Source: a virus (taxonomy: Duplodnaviria; Caudoviricetes). From it: 25,180 nucleotides of DNA. Numbering within the stretch: the stretch's first letter is position 1; each line of letters starts with the position of its first letter. The notes beneath the pieces were generated by a model. That model was not told the DNA's origin. It was given only the letters and a program-made list of their open reading frames with translations, and searched no databases. Below are positions 1-6,039 of this stretch, piece by piece. The stretch is from positions 1-25,180 of IMG/VR virus record IMGVR_UViG_3300032332_000337; one strand, 5' to 3'. The position numbers and the translations under genes are program-made.

Positions 1-57
1 GTTATCCACAGGGTTATCCACAGGTTTGGGGGTAGTTATCCACAGGTTATCCACAGG
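1..57 (+). repeat. Array of four perfect DnaA boxes (TTATCCACA at 2-10, 14-22, 36-44, 47-55), each in the 12-mer GTTATCCACAGG; candidate replication origin or DnaA-binding locus
   Basis: Read directly from the sequence. Exact match to the canonical high-affinity DnaA box, all on one strand, as two tandem pairs with start spacings of 12, 22 and 11 bp. The array may continue beyond the window edge. Confidence 0.9.
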
Positions 58-225
58 TCAGCCTGAGGTGCTTTTGAGTGATTTTTCGTACTCTCTTTTG
101 ATTTCTTTTACGATCTCCTTTTCAGCTTTTGTATAATCTCTGACGGGTTTTCCGTTAATGTCCATCAGTCTGTAAGGCATCCGTTCCAAGCGTCTTTGGG
201 CTTCTAAATTTGCCTTTTTGCTCAT
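58..225 (-). CDS. Small basic hypothetical protein (55 aa, MSKKANLEAQ...KSTSG)
   Basis: The ATG at 225 overlaps the RusA stop (ATGA, 222-225), typical of translational coupling. The stop lies immediately next to the DnaA-box array. Confidence 0.65.
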   Translation of the reverse strand: MSKKANLEAQRRLERMPYRLMDINGKPVRDYTKAEKEIVKEIKREYEKSLKSTSG

Positions 226-644
226 TTGAGATTTTCCGACAGCCAAACCGTGACGCTGCCTTCTTCGGCATATTTTTTGGATACTTTGAGATACATTACC
301 TGGGCATCGTCCTCGTAAACCACGCCGTTCATTCCATCCAGAACGGTCTTGGCAATGTTGTCCACATCTGGTCGTGATGGGTATACGTCGCCGTCCAGCG
401 CTGCCTGGCGCTTTGCTTTTGACCAGCTCAAGGGAATGCTCATCGTTGCTTCGATCATGACTCTCAGCGGCGTCTTGAGTGGATCTCTGCCGGCCATTGC
501 TTCGGCAGCTCGTGCTGCGATTAGCGCTTCGTACTCTCGCGTGACAGCCGGTGTATAGCTGCGGGGCTTGCCGCCAGCGGTGCTGAACCGTGGCCGACCC
601 TTGCCGACTGGTGGCCCAGGGATAACGAACTGAAGGGTAAACAT
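222..644 (-). CDS. rusA: RusA-family Holliday junction resolvase (140 aa)
   Basis: Motifs PGPPVGKGRPRF, YTP, RPDVDNIAKTVLDGMNGVVYEDDAQV and KKYA. Start re-called at MFTLQF (ATG 644) with GGAG upstream; the 974 start in the ORF track runs through the promoter region. Confidence 0.9.
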   Translation of the reverse strand: MFTLQFVIPGPPVGKGRPRFSTAGGKPRSYTPAVTREYEALIAARAAEAMAGRDPLKTPLRVMIEATMSIPLSWSKAKRQAALDGDVYPSRPDVDNIAKTVLDGMNGVVYEDDAQVMYLKVSKKYAEEGSVTVWLSENLK

Positions 645-709
645 CTGATCTCCGAGTGGGAACGGCAGATGATGCCCGAAGTCGATGGGCTTGTGGAGAA
701 AATTTGTAT

Positions 710-724
710 TAGGGTTTGTCCCTA
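710..724. promoter_or_regulatory. Inverted repeat TAGGG-TTTGT-CCCTA, candidate operator
   Basis: Perfect 5-bp arms in the divergent intergenic region; function inferred. Confidence 0.35.
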
Positions 725-746
725 GAAAAAAAGTTGCTCTAACCCC

Positions 747-775
747 TTGTTTATGGTTGTCAACCTCTGTACAGT
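747..775 (+). promoter_or_regulatory. Putative sigma70 early promoter (TTGTTT-17 bp-TACAGT) with palindrome GGTTG-T-CAACC (755-765) in the spacer
   Basis: Correct 17-bp spacing, about 45 bp upstream of the first early gene. The palindrome also contains a minus-strand TTGACA (763-758) that could serve a divergent promoter. Confidence 0.5.
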
Positions 776-820
776 ACAACTCATGCGCTGCATATCGCAA
801 CGCAAAACAGGAGCCAGAAA

Positions 821-1126
821 ATGTTTGCAAACCAGTACGAAGAACACCTCGCCCACAGCGCACCTTGCAGCAGCCAGTGGGACGGCTTTGATCGCGGCAC
901 CGTTTGGGCCGACGAACAAGAAGAAGCAAATGATATTGAAATCGCTGTGATTGGCCGCATGACCAACGGCGCAAGCCAGTGCGTTGTAATCGAAGAAGTG
1001 ACGTTTGGTCCTTCTGAGGTTTACCACACCGTTTTGATTGACGGAAAAAAAGTGTTCTGGGAAGAAAATAACCGTCAGCGTGCCATCACCGTGGCTCGTT
1101 GGTGGATGGACGGTTGCCCTGCCTAA
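821..1126 (+). CDS. Hypothetical acidic early protein (101 aa)
   Basis: AGGAG RBS upstream, first gene after the putative promoter, followed by a hairpin. Confidence 0.75.
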   Translation: MFANQYEEHLAHSAPCSSQWDGFDRGTVWADEQEEANDIEIAVIGRMTNGASQCVVIEEVTFGPSEVYHTVLIDGKKVFWEENNRQRAITVARWWMDGCPA

Positions 1127-1137
1127 TTTAACTAACC

Positions 1138-1153
1138 GGGGGCTTCGGCCCCC
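1138..1153 (+). other. Stable cUUCGg tetraloop hairpin GGGGGC-TTCG-GCCCCC
   Basis: Perfect 6-bp GC stem between two genes; no U-tract, so not a classic intrinsic terminator. Confidence 0.6.
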
Positions 1154-1168
1154 AATCAAGGAGTCCGA

Positions 1169-1342
1169 ATGAAAATCATATTCACCAGAAAAGAAATCGA
1201 GGAAATCATTCTCAATCACGTCAACCGAGAAATTTACGAAGATTTCAGCAACGAAATGCGCTTCGACCGTTACGACGACGAAAATTTTGTCACCATCAAA
1301 TCAGCCGAACCAGTTATCGAGGAGCCAAGCAATGAAACCTGA
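1169..1342 (+). CDS. Small acidic hypothetical protein (57 aa, MKIIFTRKEIEEIILNHV...SNET); not in the ORF track
   Basis: Translated by hand. AAGGAG RBS at 1158-1163; fills the gap in the early operon. Confidence 0.75.
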   Translation: MKIIFTRKEIEEIILNHVNREIYEDFSNEMRFDRYDDENFVTIKSAEPVIEEPSNET

Positions 1343-1436
1343 ACACGATTCCAATCTGACGATCCTGTTGGCGTCAATCGCTGTCGGCGCAATGTCGGCA
1401 ATCTGCTTGTTTCTCGCTCTCTCTGGAGGTCTGTAA
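1332..1436 (+). CDS. Small single-pass membrane protein (34 aa, MKPEHDSNLTILLASIAVGAMSAICLFLALSGGL); not in the ORF track
   Basis: Translated by hand. GAGGAG RBS; hydrophobic stretch of about 22 aa; TAATG stop/start overlap with the YqaJ gene. Confidence 0.7.
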   Translation: MKPEHDSNLTILLASIAVGAMSAICLFLALSGGL

Positions 1437-2392
1437 TGGTCGGCAAAGTAACACCAAACACAATGCTCTCAGCATCCCGCGTCCCAGCCCTTCTGGGACA
1501 CTCAAAGTACGAGACGCCCAACGACATACTCAAGAGCGTCATAAACGCGCTACAGGACGTTGTAGAGCCGTTCAAAGAGAACGAGGCAATGCATTGGGGC
1601 AATCTGCTTGAAGTGCCTCTGCTGCTCGAGGCGAGCGCACGCCTGGGTCTGTCGCATTTGAAACTAGATCATCCAAAACCCTACTTTCATCCCGATGCGC
1701 CAATCGCCTGTTCGTTAGACGGAGACGGCAACGGCAACGGTTTGGTTGTGACCAACAACCCAGATGCCGGCGTATACGTTATTGGCGCTGAGTCAATCAA
1801 GCTGGACGGTTTTGGCGTGCTCGAAGCCAAGCTGACCAGCTCGTATCCCGAAGACTGTCCGGCAATGAGTCGGGGACCGCTCCAGCTCCAAGCGCAAATG
1901 GACATTTATGGCGCCAAGTGGGGAGCTGTCTGCGTGCTTTATCAAGGCATTGAGCTGCGAATCTTCTTGTTCGCACCTCACGAGGAAACCCAAGCGCTGA
2001 TTCGCAAGAAAGCGTTTGAGTTTGAATCCAAGATCACGCATTGGTCAGAGACTGGTGAAGTTGAATGGTATGACCCTGCCAATCCAGAAGAATTTGGCCA
2101 CAAGTGGCCTGGCGATCCAAACCTTGACAGCGTGGATCTTGGCGAGTGGGGAGCTACGCTGGCCGAGCGGATTGTCAAAGCCAAACAGGAAATCAAAGTG
2201 CTTGAGGCCAGCATTGAAGAATGTGAGACCGAGCTGAAGGAAATGCTTGGCAACGCAACGCTGGCGCACGCTGAGGAGTTCCGTATCTCCTGGCCAATCC
2301 GTAACTATGCAGCGCAGCCGGAGAAGGTTGTACCAGCCAAACCAGCGCATTCGATGCGTCAATCAACAGTAACCATAAAGGGGCCAAAATGA
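1436..2392 (+). CDS. YqaJ-like (lambda-exonuclease family) viral recombination exonuclease
   Basis: Motifs SASRVPALLGHSKY, MHWGNLLE, ACSLDG, VLEAK and QLQAQM; lies directly upstream of an annealase. Confidence 0.88.
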   Translation: MVGKVTPNTMLSASRVPALLGHSKYETPNDILKSVINALQDVVEPFKENEAMHWGNLLEVPLLLEASARLGLSHLKLDHPKPYFHPDAPIACSLDGDGNGNGLVVTNNPDAGVYVIGAESIKLDGFGVLEAKLTSSYPEDCPAMSRGPLQLQAQMDIYGAKWGAVCVLYQGIELRIFLFAPHEETQALIRKKAFEFESKITHWSETGEVEWYDPANPEEFGHKWPGDPNLDSVDLGEWGATLAERIVKAKQEIKVLEASIEECETELKEMLGNATLAHAEEFRISWPIRNYAAQPEKVVPAKPAHSMRQSTVTIKGPK

Positions 2393-3147
2393 AAATCGCA
2401 GCAGCATTTGTTGCAGCCAAGCGTGCGTTTGCACCAGCGCTCAAGACTGAAACCAACTCGCATTTCAAAAATAAATATGTTGATCTTGCAAGCTGCTTAG
2501 ATGCAGTAAACGGAGCGTTACTAGATAACGGAATCGCCGTTTACCAAGAGACGTTTGAAGTGCCAGACGGTGTGTGCGTTGAAACGGTTTTTCTTCATGA
2601 GTCCGGCGAGACGCTGCGCATGGGCAAACTGCACGTGCCAGCAGCCAAACACGACCCACAAGGTTATGGTTCTGCGTTGACCTACGCTCGGCGCTACTCC
2701 TTGATGGCAGCCACTGGCATCGCCCCAGAAGACGATGACGGCAACGCCGGCAGCAAAAGGCCAATTCCGAAACCAGAAGGCAAACCCGTCAACCCGCTTG
2801 ATGCTGTGGCCAAACCCACGCCAAAGCCTACTGAACCGCCGCCAGACGTGATTGAGTTTGAAGATGGAGCTGGTGGCACCTGGGCGCTGCGCGTGCCCAA
2901 CGAAGCCAAACCACGTTCAATGAGCAACGACGAAGCTGCATGGGTTGTGGAGTTCAATGCGTTGGCTGACGCGGTGATGAAAGCCGGCAAAATGCCGCCG
3001 GCAGATCGCATTTCCAAGCTGAAGTTACTGCGCACATCAAATGACGCTGAGATTGCCCGACTGTCGATGGTAGAGCGTGCCAGGTTTCTTCAGACATTCT
3101 CGGCACGTATCGGCGCACTTGATGCGCTGATGAAAGCAGCCGCATGA
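2389..3147 (+). CDS. erf: ERF-family ssDNA annealing protein
   Basis: Motifs NSHFKNKYVDL and DPQGYGSALTYARRYSLMAATGIAPEDDDGN, then a Pro-rich linker and a helical C-terminal domain. Confidence 0.92.
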   Translation: MKIAAAFVAAKRAFAPALKTETNSHFKNKYVDLASCLDAVNGALLDNGIAVYQETFEVPDGVCVETVFLHESGETLRMGKLHVPAAKHDPQGYGSALTYARRYSLMAATGIAPEDDDGNAGSKRPIPKPEGKPVNPLDAVAKPTPKPTEPPPDVIEFEDGAGGTWALRVPNEAKPRSMSNDEAAWVVEFNALADAVMKAGKMPPADRISKLKLLRTSNDAEIARLSMVERARFLQTFSARIGALDALMKAAA

Positions 3148-3362
3148 GGATGGCTCAGATCCGATTATTGGACGCAATCGGTGGTCTGGAGAAATCACTA
3201 GGCCGGTTGCCGTCCATGAATGAAATAGCACGGGTTCTGGGCTGCAGCCCCCAGAACGTCCACAAGATGATCAAACGAATGAGGAGCAAGAATGAAACAG
3301 TGTCCACCTTGCCACGGCAATTGCAATCAGGGACGAAATTGTCCAGCAAGGAACAAAAATGA
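3144..3362 (+). CDS. Small helix-turn-helix DNA-binding protein (LexA N-terminal-like)
   Basis: GRLPSMNEIARVLGCSPQNVHKMIKRM resembles the PS-x-x-EIA HTH; ATGA overlap with erf; no peptidase domain. Confidence 0.75.
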   Translation: MRMAQIRLLDAIGGLEKSLGRLPSMNEIARVLGCSPQNVHKMIKRMRSKNETVSTLPRQLQSGTKLSSKEQK

Positions 3363-3366
3363 TTGA
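3292..3366 (+). CDS. Cys-rich microprotein (24 aa, MKQCPPCHGNCNQGRNCPARNKND)
   Basis: Translated by hand. GAGGAG RBS at 3281-3286; four Cys spaced C-x2-C-x3-C-x5-C; overlaps the HTH gene tail in another frame. Confidence 0.55.
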   Translation: MKQCPPCHGNCNQGRNCPARNKND

Positions 3367-3688
3367 TAGATTAGATACCTGCAATCCCGATCGGGAAGAA
3401 TCCTCAGGAAAGCCTACTAATGGCGAAACACAATTACCGAACGGGAAAGCCATGACACGAGAAGAAATTATCCGCATGGCGTGGAAGGCAAATCTACCGT
3501 CGTGCCATATAACCCATCCCAAAGCGCTTGAACGCTTCGCCGCACTTGTCGCCGCGCATGAGCGGGAGGAGTGCTTAAAACTGGTTGATGAACAAATTTT
3601 CAACATGACTGTTCTTGACAGTTACCCTGAACAATCAGGAGCAATTTACCGCGCCATAATAAATATCCGCGCAAGGGGAGAAAAATGA
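3359..3688 (+). CDS. Hypothetical phage protein (alternative start ATG 3452, MTREEIIRMA)
   Basis: LERFAALVAAHEREEC segment of a kind common in small phage accessory ORFs; overlaps both neighbours. Confidence 0.7.
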   Translation: MIDRLDTCNPDREESSGKPTNGETQLPNGKAMTREEIIRMAWKANLPSCHITHPKALERFAALVAAHEREECLKLVDEQIFNMTVLDSYPEQSGAIYRAIINIRARGEK

Positions 3689-3873
3689 AAGTCTGGGTTG
3701 ATCCACCAGAAGGTTGGCGCTACGGTTTCCCGAAAGTCTGGGATACCGAGCTGCACGACAATATGCTGCACTGGTTAGATGATCGTGGTTACCCGCCCGA
3801 GCTGCGAGACCAATACGGGGAATATTTCTTTGTCCGGCAATGGTCCGTCAAAGACGATTCGTTTGGAATTTAG
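3685..3873 (+). CDS. Hypothetical phage protein (62 aa)
   Basis: GGAG RBS, ATGA overlap, VDPPEGWRYGFPK motif; last gene of the early operon. Confidence 0.75.
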   Translation: MKVWVDPPEGWRYGFPKVWDTELHDNMLHWLDDRGYPPELRDQYGEYFFVRQWSVKDDSFGI

Positions 3874-4856
3874 AGCGCAGACACGTCGATAATCTGGCCA
3901 CGGAAGTCCAGCATTCCCTCGGCGTGTTTGATCGCTAATTCGGGAAACAAGAGCCGGGAATCTCGGAATGTAAGCACGGAAAAACCGGAACGCCAGTTCA
4001 CCGGATTGTCCTCAAGGTAATCGTTGAACTGCTTGCCATCAATGTCTGCCAGTGTTCCGGTGTCAACGCCATAGCGCGTGCCGCGATAGTCGGTGTATGG
4101 CGTGACCTTCAGCGAATGCAAATGCCCCGTGACAATGCTAGTCCCGCTGCCCATGGTATTTGTGTGCGTAGCGTGGATGCCGTTCTTGTATCTATGTTTG
4201 ACCACCACGTCATTCGTCAACCAGCAGCTCCAACACGGATGCCACGCTTGAAAGTGGTCTTTTAAAGTAAAGCCAGCAACACCCTCGTAACCTGGCGTGT
4301 TTGCTGCCAGAAAGTTCTCAAATCGAGAGTCATGGTTGCCCAGTGGCCAGATCAATTGCACATTGTGCCGTGCTGCTTTGGCAACCGCCTCAATCTCTGC
4401 CAGAGCCTCTTGGCAAGCGTTTATCTCCTCCTTGACGCTAGGCTGCTGCGTCCAGCCAATGCGTGGAAACCGGCTGATTGAAGCCCCGTCAAAGGCATCG
4501 CCGTTATTGATCACAGCGTAGGGTTTGAGCTGGCTGATTGCCCATAACAGCCCCTTGAACGCGGTGGTACGCAGCCCTGGCCAGAAGTGTGCATCGCTGA
4601 ATACGATCACCACTCCATCGGTGATGCCGGCCTGGTGCCGAGCTTTTGTCAGATGATGCGTTTGAAGATGCTCAAACGCTTTAGCGCTTGGTGCTGTTGC
4701 TTCAAGTTGGATCTTGAGTTTGGCTTCTAATCGCCGCCGATTCTGATGCGCCCATCTTTCGGTGAAGCCAAAAAACTGAGCGACTTTAGATGCGCTCTTT
4801 AATCGGGTCCAGGCTCCGAGAAAATCTTCATCGGTAACCTTTTGCTTTCCCTTCAT
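3870..4856 (-). CDS. Calcineurin-like metallophosphoesterase with an N-terminal HTH-like extension
   Basis: Complete motif set DAH, GDAFD, GNHD, H and GHLH. Confidence 0.88.
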   Translation of the reverse strand: MKGKQKVTDEDFLGAWTRLKSASKVAQFFGFTERWAHQNRRRLEAKLKIQLEATAPSAKAFEHLQTHHLTKARHQAGITDGVVIVFSDAHFWPGLRTTAFKGLLWAISQLKPYAVINNGDAFDGASISRFPRIGWTQQPSVKEEINACQEALAEIEAVAKAARHNVQLIWPLGNHDSRFENFLAANTPGYEGVAGFTLKDHFQAWHPCWSCWLTNDVVVKHRYKNGIHATHTNTMGSGTSIVTGHLHSLKVTPYTDYRGTRYGVDTGTLADIDGKQFNDYLEDNPVNWRSGFSVLTFRDSRLLFPELAIKHAEGMLDFRGQIIDVSAL

Positions 4857-4858
4857 TT

Positions 4859-4888
4859 TTTAGCACCATTTGTTGCGTTGGTGCTAAA
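4859..4888 (-). promoter_or_regulatory. 10-bp perfect inverted repeat (TTTAGCACCA-N10-TGGTGCTAAA) directly upstream of the phosphoesterase start
   Basis: Read directly; the stem would sequester the SD-like GGTG. Confidence 0.5.
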
Positions 4889-4929
4889 TACCACGCCAAG
4901 ATTACGCTGTCTAGTGCCAAACGCTTGTT

Positions 4930-5439
4930 TTATATATTTTTTTTCGCGTAGTCTTCGACAGCGTTAACCCGACGTGTCCAACCCTTGCCAAACACCGGAT
5001 AAGCTTTCAGTTTCTCAAGAAATCTCAGCCTGAGATCGCTGTAGTCCTCAATCAAATCTGACGGTTTCTCGCGCTTAACCGCTGCGATTGTGATCGGACC
5101 AAGAACCCCATCATCATCAACGCCCAAGATGCGCTGCAAGAATACAATTGCCTGTTTGGGTCCACTGTTAACCGCCGCGTCAAAGACGCAGTAGTCCAGA
5201 CCCGCCGGCAGATCGTCGCCCCAAACCTTGTTCCAATAACGTCCACGATACAGCGGCACTACGTCAGAGACGCATAGATCGCGCATACATTGCTCGTCGA
5301 CACTCTCGCCTGTCCAGTCCTCCCAGGTGCGCTTAGTGACGCCGTGGTTGGTCATACCGCCTGGGTCTGATGGATGGTTGCAGTACCCGCCCTCAAAGCC
5401 GAGCGTCAAATCCAGCGCTTTCTGAAAGTTGTCTTTCAT
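4930..5439 (-). CDS. Endolysin, glycoside hydrolase family 108, with a C-terminal peptidoglycan-binding domain
   Basis: Motifs EGGYCNHPSDPGGMTNHGVT, FDAAVNSG, DGVLGPIT and FGKGWTRRV. Confidence 0.93.
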   Translation of the reverse strand: MKDNFQKALDLTLGFEGGYCNHPSDPGGMTNHGVTKRTWEDWTGESVDEQCMRDLCVSDVVPLYRGRYWNKVWGDDLPAGLDYCVFDAAVNSGPKQAIVFLQRILGVDDDGVLGPITIAAVKREKPSDLIEDYSDLRLRFLEKLKAYPVFGKGWTRRVNAVEDYAKKNI

Positions 5440-5837
5440 TTAGATGCAACGCCCTGCACTTTTTCAAAAGTCCGTAGACCGCCAAGCCCAAGCATACCGA
5501 ACATCAGCTCCCAAAGGGTAGCGTCCAGCGTCGGCATATCGCCAACTTCAATCCCGTTCAGTCGTGCAACGTAAGATCCAATTGGTCGCAGAACGTACTG
5601 ATAGGCGAGCGCTGTAGCACAGACCCATCCAATCGCCGGACGCCAGCCGGCAACAAACAAGCTGCCTGATGTTGCTTCGGCTTTGTTGATCTCGAGCTGG
5701 CCGACGATCTTGGCAAGCTCGCCTGATTGTTGGAGCTTTAACAGCTCTAGCTGAGCGCTGGCCTGTTGTGCTGGATCTGGCCAGACCCGCTTGATGATCT
5801 CACCACCAAGCCCCAGGATCGCCTCGATGCCGATCAT
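5436..5837 (-). CDS. Holin, 3TM family
   Basis: Motifs FVAGWRPAIGWVC and LFGMLGLGGLRTFEK; adjacent to the endolysin. Start re-called at MIGIEAIL (ATG 5837, ATGA overlap). Confidence 0.85.
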   Translation of the reverse strand: MIGIEAILGLGGEIIKRVWPDPAQQASAQLELLKLQQSGELAKIVGQLEINKAEATSGSLFVAGWRPAIGWVCATALAYQYVLRPIGSYVARLNGIEVGDMPTLDATLWELMFGMLGLGGLRTFEKVQGVASK

Positions 5838-6037
5838 TTGGACCAGTGGCTGATGACCCAACCGGCAGCGGTGCTGATGCCGCTGATGACTGCCATGCCG
5901 AACCAAAAGCCGCCCTTGCTTTGATTAGCAAGCTCCAACAGTTTCTTAATGTCGGCTTGCATATCTGCGACTTGCTTTTCCAGCAAATCGACCTTGGCGA
6001 TTAACTGACCATATTTGACGGGATCAATATCTGACAT
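5834..6037 (-). CDS. Small coiled-coil protein with a C-terminal TM helix (lysis-cassette associated)
   Basis: Heptad stretch followed by KGGFWFGMAVISGISTAAGWVI; start probably MSDIDPVKYG at 6037. Confidence 0.75.
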   Translation of the reverse strand: MSDIDPVKYGQLIAKVDLLEKQVADMQADIKKLLELANQSKGGFWFGMAVISGISTAAGWVISHWSK

Positions 6038-6039
6038 GA

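Noticed and set aside
1-57. CRISPR-like or phage-initiator iteron reading of the repeats
   Set aside because: The units are 12 bp with no unique spacers and match the DnaA box exactly; no cas gene or cognate initiator is visible in the window.
80-125. GATTT/GATCT pyrimidine runs resembling E. coli oriC 13-mers
   Set aside because: They are on the opposite strand relative to the boxes compared with E. coli, and Lys/Glu/Ile codons of the minus-strand ORF explain them. Only the general AT-richness is retained as evidence.
358-366. One-mismatch DnaA box TTGTCCACA in rusA (similar ones in the coat and portal genes)
   Set aside because: It encodes the conserved DVDN motif, and several one-mismatch 9-mers are expected by chance in 25 kb.
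766-782. Possible LexA/SOS box around CTGTACAG
   Set aside because: It does not fit CTGT-N8-ACAG spacing.
645-974. N-terminal extension of the RusA ORF in the ORF track
   Set aside because: It overlaps the promoter region and the plus-strand gene at 821; there is an RBS at ATG 644 and the family begins there.
3144-3362. CI-like lysogeny repressor
   Set aside because: HTH only, with no S24 peptidase domain, located mid-operon. No integrase or att site is in the window, so lifestyle cannot be called.
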